From contig CALIUY010000009.1 in assembly GCA_938048455.1 (NCBI GenBank), positions 582 to 64,581 on the forward strand: a stretch of DNA of 64,000 nt. Direction: 5' to 3'. Under the pieces are notes generated by a model. It was not told the origin of the DNA. It ran no database searches and saw only the letters and a program-made list of their open reading frames with translations. This stretch comes from an uncultured Desulfobacterales bacterium. Its GTDB lineage: Bacteria; Desulfobacterota; Desulfobacteria; Desulfobacterales; SpSt-501. The position numbers and the translations under genes were made by a program. This document shows positions 47,828-57,239 of this stretch, piece by piece; the stretch's first letter is position 1, and the number at the start of each line of letters is the position of its first letter.

Positions 47828-48454
47828 TCACGGCTTGAGGCGGAAGCGGGGCTCGGCGCCCGCGGCGAGCCGCCGGAGGTTCTCTGCGTGACGCAGAAAG
47901 ACGAGAAAAGAAACCGCCGCCGCGGCGGCGCACAAGATCCCAGAGGCGGTAAAGAAGTACACCGCGAAGGGCAAAGCGGCGGCGGCGGTCAGCGAGCCGA
48001 CCGAAACACGGCGGCTGGCGAGAAAGGCGAGCAAAAAGCCTGCGGCCGCTACCGCCACCGCGGCCGGGGCAAGCGCCAGGAACCCCCCGGCGGCCGTGGC
48101 CACGCCCTTGCCGCCGCCGCGAAAGCCGCTGTAGACCGGAAAGCAATGCCCCGCGCAGGCAAACAGCGCCACCGCCGCGGGGAGGTAGGCGTTGGGGGAC
48201 TCCTCCGGCCCGATAAACCCGGAAAGCGCGACGGCGGCCGGGAGATAGCCTTTCAGCACGTCGGCGGATAGGGTGGCCAGGCCAGCCCCCGGACCGGCCG
48301 TGCGCGCGACGTTTGTTGCGCCGATGTTGCCGCTTCCGGCCCGCCGCGGGTCGGCCGACGAAAAAAGGCGCGCCAAGAGGACGCCGAAGGGTACGGCGCC
48401 CAAAAGGTAAGATCCGGCCAGCAATGCGAGAGCGGCCGCCGCTTGCGTATTCAC
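47828..48454 (-). CDS. plsY: Glycerol-3-phosphate acyltransferase PlsY
   Basis: GSGNIGATN signature. GTG at 48454 is preceded by GGGAGGAAGG; the ORF-track start at 48553 adds an implausible basic leader. Confidence 0.85.
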   Translation of the reverse strand: MNTQAAAALALLAGSYLLGAVPFGVLLARLFSSADPRRAGSGNIGATNVARTAGPGAGLATLSADVLKGYLPAAVALSGFIGPEESPNAYLPAAVALFACAGHCFPVYSGFRGGGKGVATAAGGFLALAPAAVAVAAAGFLLAFLASRRVSVGSLTAAAALPFAVYFFTASGILCAAAAAVSFLVFLRHAENLRRLAAGAEPRFRLKP

Positions 48455-48510
48455 CCTTCCTCCCGTCCCGCCCCGGCGGGTCGGGACCGCACCGGGGAGG
48501 CCTTGCTGCA

Positions 48511-48798
48511 ATGGACGAAGGGGAACCGATCCCCGTTCCGATCGAGGACGCAATCGATTTGCACGCTTTTCATCCCCGGGACATCCCCGATCTCCTCGCG
48601 CACTGGCTCGAGGAATGCGCCGCGCGGGGCTTCGCCACCGTACGCGTGATCCACGGCAAGGGGAGCGGACGCCAGAAGCTTCGCGTGCGGCGGATCCTCG
48701 AGAGCCATCCGCGCGTTCTCTCGTTTCGGGACGCCCCCCCGGAGGCGGGCGGATGGGGGGCGACGGTGGTCGAGCTCGCCCGTACGGACCCGCCTTAG
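48511..48798 (+). CDS. Smr-domain protein (MutS2 C-terminal-like nuclease domain)
   Basis: Motifs DLHAFHP, VRVIHGKGSGRQKLRV and GGWGATVV. GGGGAGG lies upstream of ATG 48511. Confidence 0.7.
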   Translation: MDEGEPIPVPIEDAIDLHAFHPRDIPDLLAHWLEECAARGFATVRVIHGKGSGRQKLRVRRILESHPRVLSFRDAPPEAGGWGATVVELARTDPP

Positions 48799-48811
48799 CC
48801 CCCGGGTCTCC

Positions 48812-50074
48812 TCACGAAAGCCGCTGCTTGAGTTCGACCAGAGCCTCGGGAGGCCCGAACGACCCCGCCTTGGTCACGACGGGAAGACCGTCGTGAGGGC
48901 CGGCGACGATGCGGCCGGCGACGATGCCGCTTGCCACCTCGCGCTCCAGGCGGACCGCTCGTGCGCCGAGCTCGGCGAGCACGGCGGCCGCCGTGTCCCC
49001 GCCGGAAAGAAAGAGACCTCGCGGGGCCGAGCGCCTCATCAGCCGCACGACGAAGCGGGAGACCCCCTCCGCAAGGGCCGCGGGGTCCGCGAGGAAAGCT
49101 CCTTTTGCGGGCGGCGGGAGGCGAAGCAAAAGATCGCCCCGCGCCAGGCCCTCGGCCGCACGCGCCAGCGCCGCCTCGACGGAGTCGTCTTGCGGCGGGC
49201 CGCAAAGGAGCTCCGGGGCAAGGGTCTCGGCGTGCACCCCGCCGGAGGCGGCAAGCCGGTCGCCCTGCTCCTTAAGCCGCTCCGAGGCCGAGCCGCAAAT
49301 CCAGAGGAAGCCGCCCCGTCCCGAGAGCCGCACCCCTGGCGCAGCCGGGATAGCCGGGGCGGCGGCCGGGGCGGCGACGCGGACGAGGGCTGCGGCGAGC
49401 CCGGCCGAGCCGCAGGGGAGAACCTGCGGAAAGCGCCGGAGGGCAAGGCGTGCCACCCGCTCCAGATGCCCTTCCTCCAGGACATCGAAGGAAATGTGCC
49501 CCGCCCCCTTGTTCAGCAAGCGCCGGATCTCCTCCGCCGCCGCCTCCTCGCCTTGGTCGAGCACGCGATAGCTCACGTGGGCGACGGGCCGGGCGCTCGA
49601 ACGCGCGATCCATGCGGGAAGCCAGGAGTCGGTGACGGGGAAGACCGGGTCGCGCGCCATTTCGGTTTCCGCAATCGGCCGCCCATTGAGCCGATGAATT
49701 CCCTCGCGGGTCGTCCGCCCCTGGGCGGGAAAGGCCGGAGCGACGAAACTCGCCTCCGCTCCGAGCGCTTCGACGACGGCTTCGATCTCCGCACCGATCG
49801 GGCCCCGAAGCGCCGAGTCGATCTTTTTGTAAACGCGCCGGCAGCCCGAGGCCTGAATGCCGCGGGCGACGCGGACGAGCACGGCGGCCGCTGGCCCGGG
49901 GGCAAGCCCCCGTGTGCCGGTAAAAAGGGCGACACCCGCCGCCGACGGATCGAAGCCGAAATCGGTCCCTGTGCGGCCGTCGACGAGGTAGAAAGGAGAG
50001 GCGAGCGGTCGGAACTGAATTCCCGTATCCGCCGCTCCGGTCAGATCATCGGCGATGACCGCCCACGAAAGCAA
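48812..50074 (-). CDS. Four-carbon acid sugar kinase family protein (DUF1537/YgbK-like)
   Basis: N-terminal IADDLTGAADTG and KIDSALRG motifs. Confidence 0.7.
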   Translation of the reverse strand: MLSWAVIADDLTGAADTGIQFRPLASPFYLVDGRTGTDFGFDPSAAGVALFTGTRGLAPGPAAAVLVRVARGIQASGCRRVYKKIDSALRGPIGAEIEAVVEALGAEASFVAPAFPAQGRTTREGIHRLNGRPIAETEMARDPVFPVTDSWLPAWIARSSARPVAHVSYRVLDQGEEAAAEEIRRLLNKGAGHISFDVLEEGHLERVARLALRRFPQVLPCGSAGLAAALVRVAAPAAAPAIPAAPGVRLSGRGGFLWICGSASERLKEQGDRLAASGGVHAETLAPELLCGPPQDDSVEAALARAAEGLARGDLLLRLPPPAKGAFLADPAALAEGVSRFVVRLMRRSAPRGLFLSGGDTAAAVLAELGARAVRLEREVASGIVAGRIVAGPHDGLPVVTKAGSFGPPEALVELKQRLS

Positions 50075-50262
50075 AAAGCCCGCCTTTCTCCTTTCCGGCC
50101 GATTTGTGATCGCAGCGGAATTTGTAAGTCAGATGCGCGCAAAGATCAAACCGAGGCTCGGCGGCGAAGCGGCCGAGGGAGGCGGTTGCCGTCGGCGCCG
50201 CCCCGGGGTAAGATTCGCGTGGCGCCCTTGAAGCGGTGGTCGCGGGCGGGGGAAAACTGACG

Positions 50263-51492
50263 ATGCCCGATGCGCTGAACCTCGTCCTCGTTCTGGCGGG
50301 AATTCTCCTGCTTTTGCGGCTGCGGATCCCGCTCAGCTTGACCCTTGTCGCCAGCGCCATCGGTCTCGGCCTGCTTTACCGCCTGCCGGCCGGAGGCTGG
50401 GGGGCAGTCCTGCGAGGGGCGCTCGGGAGCTTTGAGAACCTGAAGCTCGTGATCGCGCTCGAAGGCGTCCTGCTCTTCAGTGCGGTCATGAAGGAGACCG
50501 GGGCCTTGCGCGCGGCCATCACCGCGCTGCGTGGGCTCCTGCGCGACCTGCGCCTGTTGCTTGCCGCCCTGCCGGCGCTGGTCGGTCTGCTGCCGGTCGT
50601 CGGCGGAGCGATGCTCTCGGCCCCGCTCGTGGACGAGGCTTCCGAGGATCTGGCCCTCCCGCCCGAGCGCCGCATCTTTCTCAACTACTGGTTCCGGCAC
50701 GTCTGGGAATACTCGCTTCCCACTTTCCCGGCGGTTTTCCTGACGGCCTCGATCACGCGCGTCCCGATATCCGAGCTGGTCGCCGCCGGTCTGCCGCTCA
50801 CCCTTGTCGCCGTCACGGCCGGGGCTCTGGTGGGGTTCCGGGGCATCCCGCCGGCGGGAGGAAATCCCCCGCTGGCGATCGACGTCCTGCAGCGCGGACT
50901 TCTCGTCGTGCTGCGCAGTCTCTTTCCCTTCGTCCTCGTCGTCGGCGTGACGGCGGTGTTCGGGATCCATCTCGCTTGGTCCATCCTCGTCGGAACCGCC
51001 CTCGCCGCCCTGGCGGGAAGACTCCCCCGAAGACGTTGGCCGGGATTGTTGCGCGCCCATCTGTCCTTCGATTTGGCGCTTCTCATCTGGGGGATCCTGC
51101 TCTTCAAGGAGGCGCTCCAGGCGAGCGGCGCCATGCCGCGCATCGCCGAGGACCTCTCGGCGCGGGGCGTCTCCCCGCTCGTGCTCTCGTTTCTGCTGCC
51201 GGCGACGATCGCCTTCCTCACCGGGTACACGACGGCTTTCGTAGGCTTGAGTTTCCCGGTGTTGGCCCCCTTCTTCCCGGACGGAACCCTCCGCGCCTGG
51301 CACGTGATGTTCGCCCTCGCCGGCGGGATCTGCGCCCACATGCTCTCGCCGATGCACGCCTGCCTGGCCATGACCCTCCAGTATTATCGCGCTTCCCCGC
51401 TGGCCGCTTACCGGCTGCTGCTGCTGCCGGCATTGGCCGTGTTGCTTGCGGCCGCGGCGCAGCTCGTCCTCGCCGAGCTTTTCCTGGGCTGA
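50263..51492 (+). CDS. DUF401-family polytopic membrane protein (putative transporter)
   Basis: About 10 TM segments with LNYWFRHVWEY. The ATG at 50263 is preferred to GTG at 50236. Confidence 0.55.
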   Translation: MPDALNLVLVLAGILLLLRLRIPLSLTLVASAIGLGLLYRLPAGGWGAVLRGALGSFENLKLVIALEGVLLFSAVMKETGALRAAITALRGLLRDLRLLLAALPALVGLLPVVGGAMLSAPLVDEASEDLALPPERRIFLNYWFRHVWEYSLPTFPAVFLTASITRVPISELVAAGLPLTLVAVTAGALVGFRGIPPAGGNPPLAIDVLQRGLLVVLRSLFPFVLVVGVTAVFGIHLAWSILVGTALAALAGRLPRRRWPGLLRAHLSFDLALLIWGILLFKEALQASGAMPRIAEDLSARGVSPLVLSFLLPATIAFLTGYTTAFVGLSFPVLAPFFPDGTLRAWHVMFALAGGICAHMLSPMHACLAMTLQYYRASPLAAYRLLLLPALAVLLAAAAQLVLAELFLG

Positions 51493-52418
51493 TTGTCTGC
51501 GGCGGCGTTGTAAGGAATCGGGCCGCGGAACTGCCGCCGGAACGCCTGCATCCAGGAAAGCTCGTAGCCTTCGCCCGCCTCGCGGTGGGCGAGCGCCAGC
51601 CGATGCCAGGGAAGGAGCGGCCGTTGGTGGTGCACCCGATGGCAGTGAAAATGCAGAAAGAGGGAATCGAGCGGACGCGGGAGGCTCAAGTTCAAGGCGT
51701 AATGCCGTTGCCGCGGGTCGGTGCCGTAGTGGGGCAGGTTGTTCGCCGTGGAAACGAGAAAGGCCTTTCCCACAAGGAATAAAAGCAGCAAGCCGGGCTC
51801 GGCGCGATAGGCGAAAAGCGCCAGGCCCCAGAAGGAAAGGGCGGCCGCAGCCTCGATGCGCCAGACCCGGCAAGCCGCCGGACGGGAGAGGATCTCCGCA
51901 AGCGCCTCGAGAACCTCCCGCTCCTCGGGGTCCGCACCGCGGGATCGTCGGTCGATGAGCCGCCGCTGAAGCCTGCCGGGCAAAAGCGCCGCCACGCCGC
52001 TCAGGACTTCAAGCACGTAGAAGCCGCCGCAAAGGTTGAGGTAATAGCGCACCGTCGCCGGCAGGCGACCGACGCGGCGGGGATCGTAGAGATCCGGCCG
52101 ATCGAACCGCGCGCCGTTGAAGCGGTGGTGCATGAGGTGCCCGAAGCGCAGCGGCCCGAAGGGGGCGCCGAACAGGACACAGAGGAGACGGCCGAGAAAA
52201 TCGTTGGTGCGCGGACGGGGGTGGAGGTTGCGGTGAAACGCCTCGTGGGCGAGATACCACAGGGGATGGGTGTGCAGCGCAACCGGCAGCAGCAGAAGCG
52301 CGCAGAGGGGGTTTCGGGGGAGAAGAAGAAGCGGAAGGGCAAGAAAGAGACCGCCGTGCAGGAGAAGCGCGAGAAGCGCCAGGCCAAGGTTCGTCTTGCT
52401 GCGAATGTCGTGGGACAT
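51408..52418 (-). CDS. Membrane fatty-acid desaturase-family protein
   Basis: Three His boxes: HEAFHRNLH, HLMHHRFN and HCHRVHH. ATG at 52418 (MSHDIRSK) is preferred. Confidence 0.75.
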   Translation of the reverse strand: MSHDIRSKTNLGLALLALLLHGGLFLALPLLLLPRNPLCALLLLPVALHTHPLWYLAHEAFHRNLHPRPRTNDFLGRLLCVLFGAPFGPLRFGHLMHHRFNGARFDRPDLYDPRRVGRLPATVRYYLNLCGGFYVLEVLSGVAALLPGRLQRRLIDRRSRGADPEEREVLEALAEILSRPAACRVWRIEAAAALSFWGLALFAYRAEPGLLLLFLVGKAFLVSTANNLPHYGTDPRQRHYALNLSLPRPLDSLFLHFHCHRVHHQRPLLPWHRLALAHREAGEGYELSWMQAFRRQFRGPIPYNAAADNQPRKSSARTSCAAAASNTANAGSSSSR

Positions 52419-52440
52419 GGCTTCGACCTCGAGGCGGGCC

Positions 52441-53115
52441 TCACAGCCCGCGGTAGAAATGCACCCCCCAACCCAAGGTGAAAAGGAGGTTTCCGTAAAG
52501 AGCATGCTCGAGCGACACCGCCCCGAGCGACGCCGTGCGCCGATAGGTGCGCGCCAAGAGGAGCCCGCCCACAAGCGAGACGGAGGGGGCGATCCCGTTG
52601 TCGAAAATCACATGCAGCCAGGCGAAGCAGAGGGCGCTCGCCGCGGTCAAAAGTCGGGAATCGCCCAAGAGCGGCTGCATGCGGTGGAAGAAAAAGACGC
52701 GGAAGATCAGCTCCTGGGGCAGGGCCGAGAGAAAGGGGTAGAGGGCCATGACGGCAAGCCACAAGAGCGGCCGCTGCTGCGGCAAGGAAAAAAAGAGCGC
52801 GGGTTCCCAAAAACCGATGGCCGCCGCGAGCAGTCCCCCCACGAAGAGGGAGCGCAGGAAAATCCCCTTGGCCTCCCCGGTCGGAAAGGCTGACAAACCA
52901 AGCCGCTTGCGGTCGAAGGCCGGATCGCGGAGCAGCAGGGCAAGGCAGAGCGCCGCGGCGAAGAGCAACGTGGGGATTTTCGGTATGGGAAACGGCGCCA
53001 GCCGGATCAAAAGCGGCGGCAGTACGAAAAACAGCACTCCCTCCCCCGCCGCCCGTATGCGGGCCGAAGCCGGACAAGGGCGCGCAGTTTTCACCCCCGG
53101 ATCTCTGGAAACCAT
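52441..53115 (-). CDS. CPBP-family intramembrane glutamic protease (CAAX/Abi-like)
   Basis: Motifs PQELIFRVFF, FAWLH and EHALYGN in a polytopic protein. Its stop lies 22 nt upstream of the desaturase start codon (same strand). Confidence 0.7.
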   Translation of the reverse strand: MVSRDPGVKTARPCPASARIRAAGEGVLFFVLPPLLIRLAPFPIPKIPTLLFAAALCLALLLRDPAFDRKRLGLSAFPTGEAKGIFLRSLFVGGLLAAAIGFWEPALFFSLPQQRPLLWLAVMALYPFLSALPQELIFRVFFFHRMQPLLGDSRLLTAASALCFAWLHVIFDNGIAPSVSLVGGLLLARTYRRTASLGAVSLEHALYGNLLFTLGWGVHFYRGL

Positions 53116-53310
53116 GACGGGAAGGGATAGCCGGTCTGCATTAGGTTTCGGTTAGCGCCCTCTTCGAGCTTTCCTCGCCCGGCCAGGGCTTGCGCTTCGA
53201 TCGGGATTCCGGGGACGGGGTCAGAGCGCTTTCCCCCCTTTTCGATCGAGGCAATGAACTTCTCGCCTCCCCCTCATCGGTTCTTAGAACCCGAAGGGCA
53301 AATGGGGCTC

Positions 53311-54120
53311 ATGAAAAATTTCAGCCTTTGGCCTCCAGCCGAAAAGGAGATCTTCCTTTCCGTGCACCGCCTGACGGTGGAATATCCGGGCGGTCACAAG
53401 GCATTGCAAGAGATCTCTCTCGAAATCCGTCGGGGCGAGCTGACCGTGCTTCTTGGCCGTTCGGGGGCCGGAAAATCAACACTCTTGCGGTGTTTGAACC
53501 TTTTGCAGAAGCCTTCCGCCGGGTCCATCTGGGTGGAGGGGTTCGGCGAAATTACGGCCCGAACCCGGTTGCGGGACTATCGGCGTCAGGCGGCAATGGT
53601 GTTTCAGCTGCACCACCTGATCGGCCGCCAATCCGCGCTGCAAAATGTCCTCATGGGCCGTCTGGCCTACCATTCCACCCTGCGCAGCTTCCTTCCCCTG
53701 CCGGAGAGCGATGTCGAAATCGCCATGGAATGCCTCGAGCGCGTGGGCCTGGCCGACAAGGCGTCGAACCGCGTGGATCGGCTGAGCGGCGGGGAGCGTC
53801 AGCGCGTAGGAATCGCCCGGGCGCTCGCGCAGCGCCCTCGCCTCCTCTTTGCCGACGAGCCCGTCGCCAGCCTGGATCCGATCACGGCGGAATCGATCAT
53901 GGAGTTGCTGCGCCGGGTCGCGAACGAAGACCGGCTGACGGTCGTTTTCAGCCTCCACCAAATCGATCTTGCTTGCCGCTATGGGGAGAGGGTGATCGGT
54001 CTCTCCCAGGGGAGACTGGTGTTCGACGGACGGCAACACCACCTCACCAGACAACAATTGGAGGGGATTTACGATGAAGCCGCCTGTGAAATGAAGCTCG
54101 AGGCGGCCCTGCTCCCTTGA
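53311..54120 (+). CDS. ptxA: Phosphite/phosphonate ABC transporter ATP-binding protein (PtxA/PhnC type)
   Basis: Motifs GRSGAGKSTLLRCLN, LSGGERQRVGIARAL and LLFADEP. The start is uncertain; 53254 and 53302 are in-frame alternatives. Confidence 0.8.
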   Translation: MKNFSLWPPAEKEIFLSVHRLTVEYPGGHKALQEISLEIRRGELTVLLGRSGAGKSTLLRCLNLLQKPSAGSIWVEGFGEITARTRLRDYRRQAAMVFQLHHLIGRQSALQNVLMGRLAYHSTLRSFLPLPESDVEIAMECLERVGLADKASNRVDRLSGGERQRVGIARALAQRPRLLFADEPVASLDPITAESIMELLRRVANEDRLTVVFSLHQIDLACRYGERVIGLSQGRLVFDGRQHHLTRQQLEGIYDEAACEMKLEAALLP

Positions 54121-54143
54121 GAAGGCGAAAGGAGTCGCAAACG

Positions 54144-55028
54144 ATGAAAAACCGATGGCTGAAGGAAAGTGCCCTGATGATCACGCTGGCGGCGGCTGGG
54201 CTGCTTTCCTCTTTTGCGGGATCGGCACACGCCGCCGCTTATGATCCGAAGGTGTTGCGGGTCGCGCTGCTTCCGGATGAAAACGCCGCCAAGGTCATCC
54301 AGGACAACGAGGGGCTCCGCGCCTACCTCGAAACCCGCCTGTCACGGAAGATCGAATTTTACGTCTTGACCAGTTATGCCGCCATGATCGAAGCGACGCG
54401 CAACGGGAGAATCGACTTGGCCTTTTTCGGGCCGCTCTCCTACTGCATGGTCCGCGACAAAGCGGCGGTCGAACCTTTCGCGGCCAAAGTGAAAGACGGC
54501 GCGACCACGTACAAATCGGTCGTCATTGCCCACGCCGCCTCGGGAATCCAAAAAATCGGGGACATCCGTGGCCGGCGCATGGCCTACGGCGATCAGGCTT
54601 CCACCTCGAGCCATCTCATTCCCAAGGGGCTGCTCGCTCAGCACGGCCTCAAGCCCGGGGATTACCAGGAAAGCTTCTTGGGGAAGCATGATGCCGTGGC
54701 CTTGAACGTCATGCGCGGCAACGTCGAAGCCGGGGGGCTGAGCCAGGTCATTTTCCAGGGCCTGATCGAAAAAGGCACCATCGACGGCAGCCGCGTCAAG
54801 GTTGTCGCCGAGTCCGATCCGATCCCCGAATACCCCTGGGTCATGCGCTCCGACCTGGCCGATGCACTGAAGCAAAAGATCCGTACGGCCTTTTACGAGA
54901 TCCGGGATCCGGCCATTCTGAAGCCGCTCAAGGCGGATGGATTCGCACCCATCGAAGATGCCGATTACGATGTCATCCGCAACGCAGCCAAGATCCTCGG
55001 CCTCGACCTGGGATCCTTGGAGCGCTAG
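54144..55028 (+). CDS. ptxB: Phosphite/phosphonate ABC transporter periplasmic binding protein (PtxB/PhnD type)
   Basis: Signal peptide MKNRWLKESALMITLAAAGLLSSFAGSAHA and PhnD-like motifs LRVALLPDE and DLAFFGPLSY. Confidence 0.8.
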   Translation: MKNRWLKESALMITLAAAGLLSSFAGSAHAAAYDPKVLRVALLPDENAAKVIQDNEGLRAYLETRLSRKIEFYVLTSYAAMIEATRNGRIDLAFFGPLSYCMVRDKAAVEPFAAKVKDGATTYKSVVIAHAASGIQKIGDIRGRRMAYGDQASTSSHLIPKGLLAQHGLKPGDYQESFLGKHDAVALNVMRGNVEAGGLSQVIFQGLIEKGTIDGSRVKVVAESDPIPEYPWVMRSDLADALKQKIRTAFYEIRDPAILKPLKADGFAPIEDADYDVIRNAAKILGLDLGSLER

Positions 55029-55043
55029 CCTGCCAGAGGCCCT

Positions 55044-55916
55044 TTGACGTTCCGGGAGCTCAAGACCGTGATTCCGCCTCGCACCGGCGCTGTGGAAGAA
55101 AGCCCCGCTGCGGGCGGTTTTTCCTTCCTGAGCGCGGTTCTCGCCGCACGCAAGCGGAAATTGCAGCGCAACGCTTTGCAGACCGGCAGCGTTCTCGTTC
55201 TCGTCCTGGCCTGCCTGGGGTACGCCGATTTTTTCAACCCGCAACGCTACGCCGAGGGAATCCAGGGGATTTTTCAAATCATCGTCCGCGAGGGGCTGCC
55301 CCCGGATTTCAGCCGTTTTCCTTCTTGGGGCCAGCCCCTGTTGGACACCTTCGCGATGAGCATCGCCGGTACGGCGCTCAGTGTGCTGTCGTCCTTCATC
55401 CTGGGTTTCCTCGCCGCCCGCAACACCACCCCCCACCCTCTGGTCTATGCCGGAGCGCGACTTTTTCTGAACCTGATGCGCGCTATCCCGGAGTTGATTC
55501 TCGGCATCCTTTTCCTCGCCGCGGTCGGCCTGGGCATTCTCCCCGGCGTTTTGGCGTTGGGGTTCCACTCCATCGGCATGGTGGGCAAATTCTTCGCCGA
55601 AGCGATCGAGCATGCCGACCCGGCTCCGGTGGAGGCCGTCCGGGCCTGCGGGGGGAGTCCACTGCAGGTCCTCTGGCACGGGATCCTGCCCCAGGTCTTC
55701 CCGCAGATGGCGGATGTCTCTTTTTACCGTTGGGAATACAACTTCCGGGCCTCGACGGTGATGGGCATGGTCGGCTGCGGCGGAATCGGCTTTCAGCTCA
55801 TCTCCTCGTTGAACTTGATGGATTATCGCCAGGTGACCGCTCTGCTGCTGGTGATCCTCCTCTGCGTCACTGTCGTGGATGAGCTGAGCGCCCGCATGCG
55901 ACGCCGTTTCCAATAG
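55044..55916 (+). CDS. ptxC: Phosphite/phosphonate ABC transporter permease (PtxC/PhnE type)
   Basis: PhnE-like EAIE..D....EA motif (FAEAIEHADPAPVEAVRACGGS). The start is TTG at 55044 or GTG at 55065. Confidence 0.75.
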   Translation: MTFRELKTVIPPRTGAVEESPAAGGFSFLSAVLAARKRKLQRNALQTGSVLVLVLACLGYADFFNPQRYAEGIQGIFQIIVREGLPPDFSRFPSWGQPLLDTFAMSIAGTALSVLSSFILGFLAARNTTPHPLVYAGARLFLNLMRAIPELILGILFLAAVGLGILPGVLALGFHSIGMVGKFFAEAIEHADPAPVEAVRACGGSPLQVLWHGILPQVFPQMADVSFYRWEYNFRASTVMGMVGCGGIGFQLISSLNLMDYRQVTALLLVILLCVTVVDELSARMRRRFQ

Positions 55917-55924
55917 AGGAGCCC

Positions 55925-56929
55925 ATGAAACGCCCCCTGATGGTGTTGACCCACCGGGTCTTCCCGGAAACGAAGAAAGCGCTCAACGCCCATGGCCGCG
56001 TGTGGAGCCCGGACGGGGAAACGGCGATCGACCGCGGCAGGCTCGTCGATCTTGCCCGTGAGGCGGATGCGCTGATGGTCTTCATGCCGGACAAAATCGA
56101 TCAACGTCTACTCGAACGATGTCCCCGTCTGAGAATCGTGGCCTGCGCGCTCAAAGGCTATGACAACATCGACGTGGAGGCCTGCAGCCGCCGCGGCATC
56201 TGGGTCAGCATCGTTCCCGATCTTTTGTCCGCTCCCACCGCCGACCTCGCCGTGGGGCTTTTGCTCGCGTTGACGAGAAAGATCCTGGAGGGGGATCGAT
56301 TCGTCCGCTCCGGCCGTTTTCGCGGCTGGCGCCCTGAACTCTACGGCATCGGCCTGGAAGGGAAAACCGCCGGGATCTTGGGCTGCGGCGCGGTCGGCAA
56401 ACGAATTGCCACCCGGCTGCACGGCTTCGGAATGAAGATTCTGTGTTGCGACACCTCCCCCGTGAACCCGCAGTGGCTTGCCGGTATCGGAGCTTGCCAG
56501 GTCGACTTCGAGGAGCTTCTCCGCCGAGCCGATGTCCTTGTGCTTGCCGCCCCGCTGACTCCGGCATCCTTTCATCTTGTCGGCAAGGAAGCCCTCGAGT
56601 GCATGAAACCCGGTGCCTGCCTCGTCAACGTGGGCCGCGGCTCGGTCGTGGATGAAACCGCTGTGACCGAAGCCTTGCAGAACGGCCGGCTGGGGGGGTA
56701 CGCGGCCGATGTCTTCGAATTGGAGGATCTCTCGCGCCGAGATCCCCCTGAGGCCATCCCCTCCGCGCTCTTGCTGGATACCGCCCGCACGGTCTTCACC
56801 CCTCATCTGGGATCGGCGGTCGCGGAGGTGCGCCTAGCGATCGAATTGGCCGCGGCGGCCAATATCATCGATGTGTTGCAGGACCGCCGGCCGCGGGACG
56901 CCATTAACCGCCCGCAGCCGCGCCGTTGA
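55925..56929 (+). CDS. ptxD: NAD-dependent phosphite dehydrogenase PtxD (D-2-hydroxyacid dehydrogenase superfamily)
   Basis: Collinear from memory with Pseudomonas stutzeri PtxD: VLTHRVFPE, FMPDKID, ACALKGYDNIDVEAC, GILGCGAVGK, VNVGRGSVVDE, LGGYAADVFELEDLSRRD, FTPHLGSAVAEVRLAIE. It lies directly after the ABC genes. Confidence 0.8.
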   Translation: MKRPLMVLTHRVFPETKKALNAHGRVWSPDGETAIDRGRLVDLAREADALMVFMPDKIDQRLLERCPRLRIVACALKGYDNIDVEACSRRGIWVSIVPDLLSAPTADLAVGLLLALTRKILEGDRFVRSGRFRGWRPELYGIGLEGKTAGILGCGAVGKRIATRLHGFGMKILCCDTSPVNPQWLAGIGACQVDFEELLRRADVLVLAAPLTPASFHLVGKEALECMKPGACLVNVGRGSVVDETAVTEALQNGRLGGYAADVFELEDLSRRDPPEAIPSALLLDTARTVFTPHLGSAVAEVRLAIELAAAANIIDVLQDRRPRDAINRPQPRR

Positions 56930-57213
56930 CGAGCGCCTGCGCGCGAAACGATACGGCCGGAGCCGACCCCGGGGGAGAAGAGCCGCGGCGGGAAAACCGA
57001 ATTCCCCGGATCGCTTTGTCATCTGTCGCTTCAACACGCAAGCGGCCTGACGAGCGGCTCGAGCCGGGCTATAGGGCGTTGCGTCTGTCGAACGCCCCTC
57101 CTTTCTGCTTCCCTTCGTCGGGGAGAAGATCCCGGCGGTGGCGGGAGGGTTTCCCGCGGATTCGAAGAGCTCCAATGGGGATGCGCGGTGGAGAATCGAG
57201 ATTCCGCCAGAAA

Positions 57214-57239
57214 TGATATCTGAATGGACGTCCCCTAAA
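57214..57239. repeat. Left copy of a 26-nt direct repeat, TGATATCTGAATGGACGTCCCCTAAA
   Basis: 24 of 26 nt are identical to 59971-59996. It contains the palindrome GGACGTCC and overlaps the TAG stop (57235-57237) of the minus-strand gene. Confidence 0.8.

Noticed and set aside
56930-57213. A 300-nt convergent spacer after ptxD, with a repeated TGACGAGCG word and small ORFs (56926..57216 and 56834..57175).
   Set aside because: The ORFs are Arg-rich and lack RBS or motifs. The 9-nt word repeat is within chance expectation for this composition. I recognise no RNA family. Only the 26-nt repeat at its right edge was retained.
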